64,000 nucleotides of DNA, taken from Dehalococcoidia bacterium. GTDB lineage: Bacteria; Chloroflexota; Dehalococcoidia; Lucifugimonadales; UBA2985. Positions 9,212 to 19,105 of this stretch are shown here, piece after piece. How positions within the stretch are numbered: position 1 is the stretch's first letter; each line of letters starts with the position of its first letter. The stretch covers positions 221,175-285,174 of the forward strand of contig OZ244716.1 in NCBI GenBank assembly GCA_965219025.1, written 5' to 3'. The notes beneath the pieces are model-generated. The model was not told the DNA's origin and did no database searches. It saw nothing but the letters and a program-made list of their open reading frames with translations. Made by a program: the position numbers and the translations under genes.

Positions 9212-9352
9212 ATGCAGGGCTATTGCGTGAAGTGCCGTTCTCAGCAAGAGATGAGCAACACCCAGGCCATCACAATGAAGAACGGCCGTCCAGCCACCCA
9301 GGGCACGTGCCCGGTGTGCAGCACCAAGATGTTCCGCATCGGCAAGGCATAG
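9212..9352 (+). CDS. 46-aa zinc-ribbon miniprotein (DUF5679-like)
   Basis: Below the ORF-track size cutoff. GGAGGTG at 9200-9206, ATG at 9212, TAG at 9350. Translation: MQGYCVKCRSQQEMSNTQAITMKNGRPATQGTCPVCSTKMFRIGKA, with CxxC...CxxC. From memory this matches the DUF5679 pattern (C.KC....M.......MKNGR.A..G.C..C.TKMFRIGK). Confidence 0.75.
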   Translation: MQGYCVKCRSQQEMSNTQAITMKNGRPATQGTCPVCSTKMFRIGKA

Positions 9353-9647
9353 CTAATCTACCAAGCAACGGAGGCCGCCTGAGTTTCCCATTGGAGTCGG
9401 GCGGCCCTGCTTGGATTTGTAAGTCACCTCTCCGCTCGGCGGCACAACTGGCCGAGCCCGGCTCTTGGATTCTGTCGTCAGCTCTGTTGGGAGTGCGTGG
9501 AGCCAGTTATTCCAGTTCAGCCACGCCCGCTTCTCTCCCTTCGCATCCCTCACGTACGGGCCCGACCAGCGCCCCTCACCTATCCAGCGCGGTAGGAGTT
9601 CTCGTTCTATTCCAACCTGACCACTCCCCTCACCTGAGCCATATCTC

Positions 9648-10439
9648 ATGACCACGGATAGCCTCAAGCACGTCGACGTGAAACGTTCCGGCCAGCTTGC
9701 CCTGGTGACGATGAACAGGCCGGACAAGCTCAACGCGCTTACGTCCCCAATGGCGGCGGAGTTGCACCTGGCCCTGGCTGCGATTGCGGGCGACAGCAAC
9801 GTTAGGGTATTGATTCTGACCGGCGCGGGCCGTGGCTTCTGTTCCGGCGCAGACGTCAACGAGCTGGTCGGGTCGGATGAGGGCGCCGTGGATGTTCAGC
9901 CGGGCCTCGGCATCACCGAACTCAGCGCCCGGATCCGGAACATGCCTCAGCCTGTGATCGCAGCGGTGAACGGTGTTGCGGCCGGAGCGGGCCTTTCAAT
10001 CGCCCTGGCATGCGATATCAGAATAGCCTCGCAGGAGGCGGGCTTCTCCTCGATATTCGTCAAGCGCTCGCTGGTTCCGGACGCGGGCGCGTCGCTCCTG
10101 CTACCGAGGGTAGTTGGCGCCGCCGCGGCGATGGAGATGGCGTTAACCGGCAGCGTCTACGATGCTCAGTGGGCACTGGAGCAGAAATTGGTCAGCCGCG
10201 TGGTGCCGGCGGACAGGCTCATGCAGGAGGCCTCAGCCCTGGCTGACGAAATCGCAGCCAACCCGCCTCTGGCCGTCCGCGCCACGCGCAGCCTGCTGAG
10301 CGGTGGCGAAGACGCCGAATTGGCCGCAGCGATGCAGCGCGAGAGCGAGGCCAACGCACTGCTGTCGGATACCGACGATGCGAGAGAGGCCGCTCGCGCG
10401 TTCCTCGAAAAGCGCCCGCCCGTCTACCGGGGCAGGTAG
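9648..10439 (+). CDS. enoyl-CoA hydratase/isomerase (crotonase) family protein
   Basis: LVTMNRPDKLNAL...LTGAGRGFCSGADV...PVIAAVNGVAAGAGLSIALACDIRIAS are classic crotonase oxyanion-hole motifs. Confidence 0.92.
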   Translation: MTTDSLKHVDVKRSGQLALVTMNRPDKLNALTSPMAAELHLALAAIAGDSNVRVLILTGAGRGFCSGADVNELVGSDEGAVDVQPGLGITELSARIRNMPQPVIAAVNGVAAGAGLSIALACDIRIASQEAGFSSIFVKRSLVPDAGASLLLPRVVGAAAAMEMALTGSVYDAQWALEQKLVSRVVPADRLMQEASALADEIAANPPLAVRATRSLLSGGEDAELAAAMQRESEANALLSDTDDAREAARAFLEKRPPVYRGR

Positions 10440-10789
10440 GCCGCGCGCCCACGCGATTCCGTCACCACGCCTCCTCATGCAGGCGGTTCCACGGCACCAG
10501 TCGGCCGATCTCCCTGCTCTGGGAATCGACGCCTCCATAGGCCACCACCGCGTCGGAAGGAAGGCCCGCGCCGGAGAGGTGGCGCGTACGCGACGCGCCC
10601 GGTCGAACAGGCCGTGGCAGAATCGCCCGCCTAGAACTGTGATAATTCAAGATGCCGCCTTCAATTGGCACTATCACACCCAGGTTTCCCAGCAAGTAGC
10701 CCTTCAGTGGCACCTGTCCGCGGGCCGCGTGAACTTGGCAAATCCAACCGAAATCTTCCACAACATATAGTGCCGGAGAAGTGACGCAA

Positions 10790-10798
10790 TGCTATAAT
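10790..10798 (+). promoter_or_regulatory. candidate extended -10 promoter element (TGcTATAAT) upstream of dnaE
   Basis: TGCTATAAT at 10790-10798, 28 nt before the dnaE TTG start. No convincing -35 element. Confidence 0.3.
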
Positions 10799-10826
10799 CA
10801 CGGGAGTTTTTCCATCCGGGGCAGAA

Positions 10827-13800
10827 TTGTTCGTCCACCTCCACAACCACACCGAGTTCAGCATGCTCGACGGTCTCAGCCGCATCGCTCCTATGGTTGA
10901 GCGCGCCAGTGGCCTCGGCATGACTGCCCTCGCCATCACCGACCACGGAGGCCTCTACGGCGCCATCGACTTCTACACCGCATGCAAGGAGGCCGGGATC
11001 AAGCCCATCATAGGCTTGGAGGCCTACCTTGCCCAGGGCAGCCGGCACAGCAAGTCCGCCTCAGACCGAATTCCCTATCACCTGCTTCTGCTGGCCCGCA
11101 ACATGGAGGGGTATCAGAACCTGCTACAGCTCACCTCCAAGTCCCACCTTGAGGGCTTCTACTACAAGCCCAGGGTGGACAAGGAGCTATTGCGGTTGCA
11201 CGGCTCGGGTCTCATTGCCTTCTCAGGATGCCCCACCGCGGAGGTGCCGAGGCTCCTGCTCGAAGGCCGCTTGGACGACGCACGCGAGACCGCGCTGTGG
11301 TACCGCGACACGTTCGATGACTTCTACCTGGAGATCCAGCGTCACGAGAACGTACCGGAACTGGACCGCCTGAACGATGCTCTCCTAGAACTTGCGCGTG
11401 ACACCGGCCTGCCCCTCGTGGCGACCAACGATTGCCACTACACCCATCAGGTGGACGCGGAATCACAGGACATTCTCATCTGCATCCATACGAACACCAA
11501 CCAGCTCGACGAGAAGCGCCTCAGGATGTCCGACGACTCCTACTACCTGAAGACCTCCCGGGAGATGGAGGAGCTCTTCGCCGACCTGCCGGAGGCGGTT
11601 GCCAACACGCAACGGATAGCAGAGCTGTGCGACGTGGAGCTGGACTTCTCCCAGCTTCGCCTGCCGGAATTCAAGCCGCCGGACGGCATGACGCCCGAGC
11701 AGTACCTGGAGAGCCTGTGCCGGGAGGGTCTGTCCATGCGTTACCAAGACCCCTCCCCGGAGGTGCGCCAGCGCCTGGACTACGAGCTGGACGTCATCGA
11801 GAAGACCCAGTTCGCCAACTACATGCTAGTCGTCTGGGACATTGCAGCATTCACCCGCAAGCAGGGCATCCTCTTCGGAGTGCGTGGCAGCGCAGCCGCA
11901 AGCCTCGTGCTCTACTGCCTGGGCGTCACCGACATCGATCCCCTGCGGCATCGCCTGGTCTTCGAGCGGTTCCTCAACCTTGAGCGCCGCGAGATGCCGG
12001 ACATAGACATGGACTTCCAGGACGACCGCCGGGACGAGGTGATCGCCTACGTCCGCAGGAAGTACGGCGGCGACCACGTGGCGCAGATCATCACCTTCGG
12101 CACCCTTGGCGCCAAGGCCGCCATCCGCGACACCGGCCGCGCTCTCGGCATGACCTTCTCAGACGTGGACAGGGTCGCAAGACTCATACCTGCCAAGAGC
12201 CACAACCTGGAAGAGGCACTTGACACCAGCCCCGAACTCCGCGAGATCTACCAGGCCGACGACTCGCTCAGGAATCTGGTGGACAAGGCGCAGAAGCTCG
12301 AGGGTGTGGTGCGCCACACCAGCACGCACGCTGCCGGCGTGGTCATCACCAAGGAGCCGCTTGTCGAGTACTTGCCGCTTCAGCGGCCAGTGCGCGGGGA
12401 CTCGGCGGAAGACATGGCCATGACCCAGTTCCCAATGAACCCCATAGCCCAGCTGGGCCTGCTCAAGATGGACTTCCTGGGCCTCACCAACCTCACCATC
12501 CTGTCGCACGTCCGCGACGCCGTGGCGGACCGGCGCGGCACGGACCTGGGCTTGGACCTGGGCAGCATACCTCTGGACGACCAGAGGACATTCGACCTCC
12601 TCTCCTCCGGCGAGACCACCGGCGTTTTCCAGCTGGAGGGAGCCGGGATGCGAAGGTACATCCAGAAGCTCAAACCCACCTCCCTTAGCGACGTCTCGGC
12701 CATGATCGCCCTGTACAGGCCAGGGCCCATGGAGCACATCGACACCTTCATCGACGCCAAGTACGGCAGAGCCCCCATTCGCTATCCGCATCCCACCATG
12801 AAGGACATCCTGGAGGAGACCTACGGCGTAATCGTATACCAGGACCAGGTGCTGCTCATTGCCCAGGCCTTCGCGGGCTACTCTCTCGGCGAGGCGGACG
12901 TGGTGCGCAAGGCGATGGGCAAGAAGAACCCGGAGGTGATGCAGAAGGAGAAGGAGCGGTTCCTGGAGGGCGCGACCGGGAAGGGGTTCCCCCAGAGCCT
13001 GGCGGAGGAGGTGTTCCAGCTAATCGAGCCCTTCGCCGGATACGCCTTCAACAAGGCCCACAGCGTGAGCTACGCGATGATCGCCTACTGGACCGCCTAC
13101 TTCAAGGCCAACTACCCTGAGGAGTACATGGCGGCGGTGATGAACGCCCACTCCGGCCAGACGGACAAGATCGCCACCGACGTAGCGGAGTGCCTCCGCC
13201 TGGGCATCCCCGTGCTGCTGCCGGACGTCAACCGCAGCGAGCCCCAATTCTCGATTGAGGAGCGAGAGGACGGCCGGTCCGCCATTCGGTTCGGTCTTGC
13301 CTCGGTCAAGAACGTGGGGTACATGGCCGTATCGCCTCTGGTGGAGGAGAGAAAGCAGAACGGCACGTTTAGCTCCGTCGAGGACATGTGCCGCCGCGCG
13401 GACATGGCGTCGCTCAACAAGCGTTCACTGGAAAGCCTGATAAAGGTGGGCGCCTTAGACGACCTTGGCGGCCGCCGCTCGCTCATCGATAGCATTGATA
13501 GTATCACCTCGCTGGCGCAGCACGAGGCGCAACTTAAGACCTCCGCACAGACCTCGATGTTCGACCTTATGGGAGAGTCGGCATCCGCACCCATAATCCC
13601 GGTTGGGCCGGATAACAGCGACGTGGAGCAACGCGAACAGCTGGCCTGGGAGAAGGAGCTGCTCGGCAGCTTTGTTTCGGAGAACCCGCTCAGCGCGCTG
13701 GCACACCGGCTACCCGACAACGTCGTCGTCTCCCGCGAACGCCTGGATGGCGATATGGACGGCAAGCGCGTGACCGTGGTTGGTCAGGTGTCTCATCGCC

Positions 13801-14507
13801 GGAACGGCTTCACCAAGGAAGGCAAGCCGTTCGCCTCCGTGTCTTTGGATCTGCTGGGTGGCAGCGTGGAAGTTATGGTGTGGTCAAACTCGTACGACAG
13901 GACGCAGCACCTCTGGTACGAGGGAAACCTCGTGCAGATCGCGGGCCGGGCTCGGCTACGCGGCGAGGAGCTCTCGCTCTCCTGCGACGAGGCCTCGGCC
14001 TACGCTCCCGACGAGGAAGGCGACACGGCCCGGAGTCAGGAACCCGACGACCGGGACACAACCGCCGGCGGCTCGGCGGCTCGCGTACCGTCCGCGGCAA
14101 CTAATGGCCTTGGCGCACCATCGCTGCCTGACGCGGCCTCCAACGGAAACGGTAGCGCGTCAGCCGGCTCCTCCGTACCAGGCGCCACCAACGGCTCTTC
14201 AAGCCTTGCGGCAGCCGCAAATGGGAGCGACGGCGCTGCATCTCGGTCCGCAAAGCTGTGGATCAAGCTGGAGGAGTCCAGCGATCCGGTGCACGACGAG
14301 TACCTGCTGCGGGGTGTGGTGAAGCTGCTGATGAACTACCCGGGCCATGGCGCTGTTGGACTGAGGATTGTCAGCGATGGCAGGACGGTTATCGGAGAGT
14401 TGCCGGAACTGCCTATCAACTACTGCCCCGAGCTCCACGAAGAGCTGGAGGCGATGGTTGGCGCCGCCGGCGTGGAGGTAGAGGGCGGCGACCGCGAAAC
14501 GCCGTAA
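10827..14507 (+). CDS. dnaE: DNA polymerase III alpha subunit
   Basis: TTG start giving MFVHLHNHTEFSMLDG (PHP domain). Followed by polymerase core motifs (GVRGSAAASLVLYCLGVTDIDP, PDIDMDF), an OB-fold region, then a low-complexity linker and a terminal ~85-aa module. Confidence 0.97.
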   Translation: MFVHLHNHTEFSMLDGLSRIAPMVERASGLGMTALAITDHGGLYGAIDFYTACKEAGIKPIIGLEAYLAQGSRHSKSASDRIPYHLLLLARNMEGYQNLLQLTSKSHLEGFYYKPRVDKELLRLHGSGLIAFSGCPTAEVPRLLLEGRLDDARETALWYRDTFDDFYLEIQRHENVPELDRLNDALLELARDTGLPLVATNDCHYTHQVDAESQDILICIHTNTNQLDEKRLRMSDDSYYLKTSREMEELFADLPEAVANTQRIAELCDVELDFSQLRLPEFKPPDGMTPEQYLESLCREGLSMRYQDPSPEVRQRLDYELDVIEKTQFANYMLVVWDIAAFTRKQGILFGVRGSAAASLVLYCLGVTDIDPLRHRLVFERFLNLERREMPDIDMDFQDDRRDEVIAYVRRKYGGDHVAQIITFGTLGAKAAIRDTGRALGMTFSDVDRVARLIPAKSHNLEEALDTSPELREIYQADDSLRNLVDKAQKLEGVVRHTSTHAAGVVITKEPLVEYLPLQRPVRGDSAEDMAMTQFPMNPIAQLGLLKMDFLGLTNLTILSHVRDAVADRRGTDLGLDLGSIPLDDQRTFDLLSSGETTGVFQLEGAGMRRYIQKLKPTSLSDVSAMIALYRPGPMEHIDTFIDAKYGRAPIRYPHPTMKDILEETYGVIVYQDQVLLIAQAFAGYSLGEADVVRKAMGKKNPEVMQKEKERFLEGATGKGFPQSLAEEVFQLIEPFAGYAFNKAHSVSYAMIAYWTAYFKANYPEEYMAAVMNAHSGQTDKIATDVAECLRLGIPVLLPDVNRSEPQFSIEEREDGRSAIRFGLASVKNVGYMAVSPLVEERKQNGTFSSVEDMCRRADMASLNKRSLESLIKVGALDDLGGRRSLIDSIDSITSLAQHEAQLKTSAQTSMFDLMGESASAPIIPVGPDNSDVEQREQLAWEKELLGSFVSENPLSALAHRLPDNVVVSRERLDGDMDGKRVTVVGQVSHRRNGFTKEGKPFASVSLDLLGGSVEVMVWSNSYDRTQHLWYEGNLVQIAGRARLRGEELSLSCDEASAYAPDEEGDTARSQEPDDRDTTAGGSAARVPSAATNGLGAPSLPDAASNGNGSASAGSSVPGATNGSSSLAAAANGSDGAASRSAKLWIKLEESSDPVHDEYLLRGVVKLLMNYPGHGAVGLRIVSDGRTVIGELPELPINYCPELHEELEAMVGAAGVEVEGGDRETP

Positions 14508-14801
14508 CGCGGCTGCGCTCTGTCCTAACCCACCATGACCACTGGCCTCACGCCGGTCCGGATGCTACAATTCACTAACCGGTCTCAAAAACATGGGACA
14601 CGATCCGTCTGCGTGCCAAGCAGGAGCACGGGCGCCTTGGGCAAGGCTCGGGAACGGTACTGGAGTGTCCCTCTCGACGGGTGCAGACGGCTGGGCGCAT
14701 CGGGCCCTCATACGGGACAGGAAACTTCCGTCAGGCCAGTAATTCATTGGTGCAATAGGGCCATCTCGTATAGGCCTTTAACCTTGCGGAGACAATAATA
14801 A

Positions 14802-15791
14802 ATGGAGAACGCTATTTACACCCCAGAGGGCTACACGGATCGAATACGACAAGAGCTCGGAAACTGCCTCATTGAGACGAATCTTTCTCAAGGTGAGAAG
14901 TTCATAGGCAAAGTACGGGATCGATATGATCTTGGGGATCGTATGGTACTCATCACCACCGACCGACAGAGTGCCTTCGACCGGGTGCTGGCCGCTGTCC
15001 CCTTCAAAGGGCAGGTCCTCAACATGACGAGTGCATGGTGGTTTGAACAGACCCGCCATATTGTGCCAAATCAGGTTCTGTCCATCCCCGATCCAAACGT
15101 CACAATTGCCCAAAAATGCACCGTCTTCCCGATTGAGTTCGTGGTGCGTGGATACATCACCGGAACCACGAGCACCTCCCTCTGGACGGTCTACCAGAGT
15201 GGTCGTCGTCACTACTGTGGCATCGATTTGCCCGACGGCCTAACGAAAAACCAGAAGCTCCCGACGAATTACCTCACACCGACTATCAAGGCGGAGGACC
15301 ACGACCGCCCGATCAGCCCTGACGAGATCGTGTCCGAGAACTGGATGACGGCCGAAGATTGGGAACAATGTAGCCGCATCGCGCAGGAACTCTTCGCTTT
15401 CGGTCAAGCCAAGGCAGCCGAACATGGCCTGGTTCTCGTCGATACCAAATATGAGATGGGCCGTGACGAGAACGGTGAGATCCTTCTGATCGACGAGATC
15501 CACACCCCTGACTCTAGTCGCTACTGGATCGCCGACTCTTATCAACAGCGCATGCGGGAGGGACAGGAACCGGACAACGTCGACAAAGAATTCCTCCGGC
15601 TCTGGTTCACGGAGAATTGCAACCCCTACGAGGATGAGGTCCTACCACCAGCACCGAATGACCTTGTAATCGAGCTCTCGAGACGCTACATCTACCTTTA
15701 CGAGACGATCACCGGTCGCTCTTTCGAGTTTCCAGAGGCCGACCAACCGATCGGGACACGTTTGGAAAGCACCCTTGAAGGAATCGCATGA
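14802..15791 (+). CDS. purC: phosphoribosylaminoimidazole-succinocarboxamide (SAICAR) synthase, long form
   Basis: GKVRDRYDLGDRMVLITTDRQSAFDRVL...FVVRGYITGT...LVLVDTKYEMG are SAICAR synthetase motifs. Visibly lower GC than the flanks. Confidence 0.9.
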   Translation: MENAIYTPEGYTDRIRQELGNCLIETNLSQGEKFIGKVRDRYDLGDRMVLITTDRQSAFDRVLAAVPFKGQVLNMTSAWWFEQTRHIVPNQVLSIPDPNVTIAQKCTVFPIEFVVRGYITGTTSTSLWTVYQSGRRHYCGIDLPDGLTKNQKLPTNYLTPTIKAEDHDRPISPDEIVSENWMTAEDWEQCSRIAQELFAFGQAKAAEHGLVLVDTKYEMGRDENGEILLIDEIHTPDSSRYWIADSYQQRMREGQEPDNVDKEFLRLWFTENCNPYEDEVLPPAPNDLVIELSRRYIYLYETITGRSFEFPEADQPIGTRLESTLEGIA

Positions 15792-16027
15792 AGGTATACG
15801 GAGGGCAATGGGGCCAAGGTGATTCCGCTTCCATTTCAATTGGCAGAAAGCCCTCTCCAATGAACATGAAGTGTAGGCTAACCAGGCGCTCAACTTGACC
15901 GAGCCAGCGAAGGTTGTTAGAGTTTTCGCTTCGCTTCGCATACACCGTTAACTCTTCTCCGACGGTTCGTCGCCGGGGCTCGTCAAGTTAGCTTGATCGT
16001 TAAGCCGAAATTGAATCGAGCACAAAA

Positions 16028-16687
16028 GTGAAAAAATACATTCTCTTTGACCACGATGGGGTCTTGGTCGAAACTGAACAGTGGTATTACCTAGCCAACC
16101 AACGCGCGCTGGCATCTCTCGGAATTGATCTCCCACGAGACGCATATTTGGTGAATATGGCCGATGGAGTTTCCGCGTGGGAGGCGGCACGAGTTTCAGG
16201 AATATCCGAGTCTGAAATTAAACGTGGCCGAGAACTAAGAAACCGATACTACCAGGAATACCTGATGACCGAAGACATCGAGATCGAGGGTGTCCTGCCA
16301 ACACTAGCCAAACTCGCTGATAGGTATAGGATGGGTATAGTTACCACATCCAAACGAGCTGACTTCGCCCTGATACACGAAAAGCGATCTATTCTAGACT
16401 ATATGGAATTCTATTTGACTGTGGAGGATTACGAGCGAGCTAAACCACATCCCGAACCCTATCTGAGGGGGCTTCAACGCTTTGGCGCTACTGCCGCTGA
16501 AACGGTGGTTATAGAAGACTCGGCGAGAGGGTTGAAGTCGGCAATAGCGGCGGGTATTGACTGCATCGTGGTTGCAAACGAGTTCACTGCAGCTCACGAT
16601 TTGTCCAAAGCAACTGCCAAGGTCGCTACGTTTAGGGAGTTGCCATCTACTATAAAGGGATTAACAAGTTTAGCCAGGCGACGCTGA
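16028..16687 (+). CDS. HAD-superfamily hydrolase (beta-phosphoglucomutase-like subfamily IA)
   Basis: GTG start. ILFDHDGVLVETE (DxDG motif I), VTTSKR (motif II), VVIEDSARGLKSAIAAGIDCIVV (motifs III/IV). Confidence 0.85.
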   Translation: MKKYILFDHDGVLVETEQWYYLANQRALASLGIDLPRDAYLVNMADGVSAWEAARVSGISESEIKRGRELRNRYYQEYLMTEDIEIEGVLPTLAKLADRYRMGIVTTSKRADFALIHEKRSILDYMEFYLTVEDYERAKPHPEPYLRGLQRFGATAAETVVIEDSARGLKSAIAAGIDCIVVANEFTAAHDLSKATAKVATFRELPSTIKGLTSLARRR

Positions 16688-16739
16688 AAGGCGCGCGCCT
16701 GCCAAAAGCGTTCGGTCTTAGAAAACGAGAGTCATGAAC

Positions 16740-17447
16740 CTATCCCAAAATCTTTGACAGTGTGGTCATGAAGCAGGCGATAGTCAGGAATGCGATGTAG
16801 ACGTCGGTCTGCGGATCGTACCGCACCACCAGCCGACGCCAGTTGCCCAGCCAGCCATGAGTACGCTCCACCTTCCAGCGACACGTGCTGACCGGGTACA
16901 CCTTCGGAGGACGGCCGGTACGCTTGCGTCCAGGCCAATGACGCTGAGGAACCGAGGGACGAATCCCTCGTCGTCGCAGTTCCCGCCGGAACTCTGCGCT
17001 GTCGTAGCTCTTGTCAGCAGTCAACGAGTCAGGTCTCTTCTTGGACCGGCCTCGAGCACGAGGGACGCGAACCCTGTCCACCACATCCAGTCCACTGTCA
17101 CCTCGGATACGCTGGCACCGGTCACATCGAAGGCCAGAGGCAATCCCTCTCCCTCGGTCATCATGTGGACCGTGTTCCCCTTACCCTTCCATCCGTAGTC
17201 GACGTCCTCTCCCCCCTTTGGCTGGGACGAAACTTCCATCCAGGAACGCCTGGCTCCAGTCCAGCCTGCCCTGTTCGTCCAGGGTCCTCAGAACTCTGAG
17301 CCAGGTGTGCTCCCACATTAGCTGCTCATCTGAGAAAGCCGGCTGTTCAGTCATCCAGCCTCGCTTGACTATAGAGCAGGCTAGCTTTACTATGCCACAA
17401 CCGACCAGCATCACCGGAGCTTCAGGTGAGCAGCAGCAACCGGACAT
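16740..17447 (-). pseudogene. decayed IS5-family (IS427/IS1031-like) transposase remnant
   Basis: Transposase-like peptides are spread over three frames. (1) 17181-17447: ...FSDEQ...LDWSQAFLDGSFVPAKGG. (2) 17021-17239: KGGEDVDYGWKGKGNTVHMMTEGEGLPLAFDVTGASVSE. (3) 16740-17084: RGRSKKRPDSLTADKSYDSAEFRRELRRRGIRPSVP...WKVERTHGWLGNWRRLVVRYD. The first frame switch is at CAAAGGGGGG (17211-17220), a plausible slippery run. The second shift and the shortened N-terminal part argue for decay. I could not define inverted repeats. Confidence 0.7.
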
Positions 17448-17470
17448 TCAGATTCAAGGTGTAGGCGATC

Positions 17471-18115
17471 ATGAACAACGAGAAGCTAGCCGGACTGGCC
17501 TTGATCATTCTGGGCGCCGTTATCATGTTCCCCCACATTATTGGCTTCGAACTCTTGTGGCAGTGGTGGCCGCTATTCCCCATTGCCGCCGGGCTAGTCA
17601 GCCTCCGCAATGGCAACTGGAAGGGCGGTTTGATCGTAATCGCGGTTTTCTCCGCGCTCCTTTTCCACAATTTGGGCTATTTCATCATCGACTTTTCGAC
17701 ACTCTGGCCCGTGCTGATCATAGCAATTGGGCTGGCGCTCCTATTCGGCCGCCGGCCCTTCGCTAGAGTCCCGTTCGCCAATGTCGGCCAGTCGCTAGAC
17801 GTCGACAGCATATTCTCCGGCAGTAGACAGAACGCAACCGGGAAGGGATTCACCGGGGGCAACGTATCGGCCACATTCGGCAGCGCCGAAGTCGACCTGA
17901 CCTCCGCCGATATTGTTGACGGCGCGGCCACGGTCAACGCAAGTGTTCTCTTCGGCAGCGTGAGTCTCCGCGTCCCGCAAGACTGGGCAGTCGACATTCA
18001 ATCGTCCGTGATGTTCGGCAGCATTGAGACGAAGCGTCCGGAACCCCCGGAGCCCAAGGCACGGCTTGTGGTCACGGGGTCCTGCTGGTTCGGAGAGATC
18101 CAGGTCACGTCCTGA
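17471..18115 (+). CDS. LiaF-like / DUF2154 membrane protein (cell-wall-stress-response-like)
   Basis: Four N-terminal hydrophobic helices. C-terminal beta-rich region ATFGSAEVDLT...VNASVLFGSVSLRVPQDWAVDIQSSVMFGSIE resembles LiaF C-terminal domains. Confidence 0.6.
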   Translation: MNNEKLAGLALIILGAVIMFPHIIGFELLWQWWPLFPIAAGLVSLRNGNWKGGLIVIAVFSALLFHNLGYFIIDFSTLWPVLIIAIGLALLFGRRPFARVPFANVGQSLDVDSIFSGSRQNATGKGFTGGNVSATFGSAEVDLTSADIVDGAATVNASVLFGSVSLRVPQDWAVDIQSSVMFGSIETKRPEPPEPKARLVVTGSCWFGEIQVTS

Positions 18116-18248
18116 CCTGCGCGAGCTGCGCATAGCACATCTCGAGCCAAGAGCTGGCGCTGCTCACGACACTGCACGAGACGCGGCCGATTGACTGCGC
18201 AGCCTCAAACTGCGAATGACCACGGTGTGTTGAGGAACAGAACGACTG

Positions 18249-18789
18249 CTAAATCCCGAATGCGCCGCCGCGCTCCATGGCCAGGAGGTTCAGCTTCATG
18301 TCCACGCCGTCCGGGCCGCCGTAGCCGCGCATCGCACCGCTGCTGCCGACCACTCGATGGCACGGCACGATGAAGGGCACGGGGTTGGCCCGCATCGCCT
18401 GTCCCACGGCGCGAGCCGCGCCCGGGCTGCCAATGCTGCGAGCTATCCAGCCGTAGCTGCGCGTCTCGCCGCGCGGTATAGCTCTTGCGGCCTCCCACGC
18501 CCTCATCTGGAAGTCCGTGCCAACCAGGTCCAGCTCATCGTCTAGAGGCGAGTCCTCGCCGCGGAAGTATCGCTCGAGCCGGCCCTCCAGGTCCGGAAAG
18601 TGCGACTCCGCCGCCAACCCATCGCGGCCGCACGTCAGGTGTTCGATGGCGTCCGCCGGCGACTCCTGCGAGAGGTTCAGCCTTCGTATCCCGGCCGGCG
18701 AGGCGAGTATGCCCACCCAGCCTGCCGCCACCTCGAACACGCCGTAGTGCAGTCCCTCGCGTGGCTCTTTGTGCATCGTGACCTCCATC
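18249..18789 (-). CDS. ogt: methylated-DNA--protein-cysteine methyltransferase
   Basis: ETRSYGWIA...[29 protein letters not shown] contains the PCHRV active site. The track start at 18857 overlaps the upstream gene. ATG at 18789 (MEVTMHKEP) or 18777 (MHKEP, preceded by GGAGGT) is more likely. Confidence 0.9.
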
Positions 18790-18799
18790 GAAGCGCGGG

Positions 18800-19042
18800 C
18801 TAGTTGGGGTCGTCCGCAAGCGCAGTTAGCTGGTCCATGTGCGCCCCGATGTAGCACTGGCCGAAGTAGTAGACGCGATAGTCCTTGCCGTCCCTGTTCT
18901 CGGTGTACTGCCGCTTGGGTTCCAGGTTGTTGGAGCGCAGGTAATCGTCCACCTGAGTGTCCTGCTCGCTTGGCGCTTCCCCTTCGAATAGGAGCAGCAC
19001 CCTATCCTGGCACTCGGCCGCGGTTATCACTTCTATCTTCAT
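18800..19042 (-). CDS. hypothetical protein (80 aa)
   Basis: ATG preceded by AAAGGGAGG with good spacing. Co-directional with ogt and 10 nt upstream of it. No recognised family. Confidence 0.55.
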   Translation of the reverse strand: MKIEVITAAECQDRVLLLFEGEAPSEQDTQVDDYLRSNNLEPKRQYTENRDGKDYRVYYFGQCYIGAHMDQLTALADDPN

Positions 19043-19105
19043 ATCGTAGCGCCTCCCTTTCGTTTGCGTCCCATTCTAGTCGAAAGGCCGGGCCGAGGCC
19101 ACACT

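Noticed and set aside
10462-10761. 99-aa minus-strand ORF in the 387-nt region upstream of dnaE
   Set aside because: It has a GTG start with no Shine-Dalgarno sequence, no recognisable motif and mixed codon bias. The region is more likely the dnaE promoter/leader. Left unannotated.
14606-14692. Possible purine- or ZTP-type riboswitch upstream of purC (8-bp long-range stem CCGTCTGC...GCAGACGG, and a ...ACGGCTGGGCG segment resembling the ZTP CCGCCUGGGC box)
   Set aside because: The first ZTP sub-domain consensus (GACUGGCG...GGGGAGC as I recall it) is absent. The segment lies about 100 nt from the start codon with no obvious expression platform. The match is too weak without a covariance-model scan.
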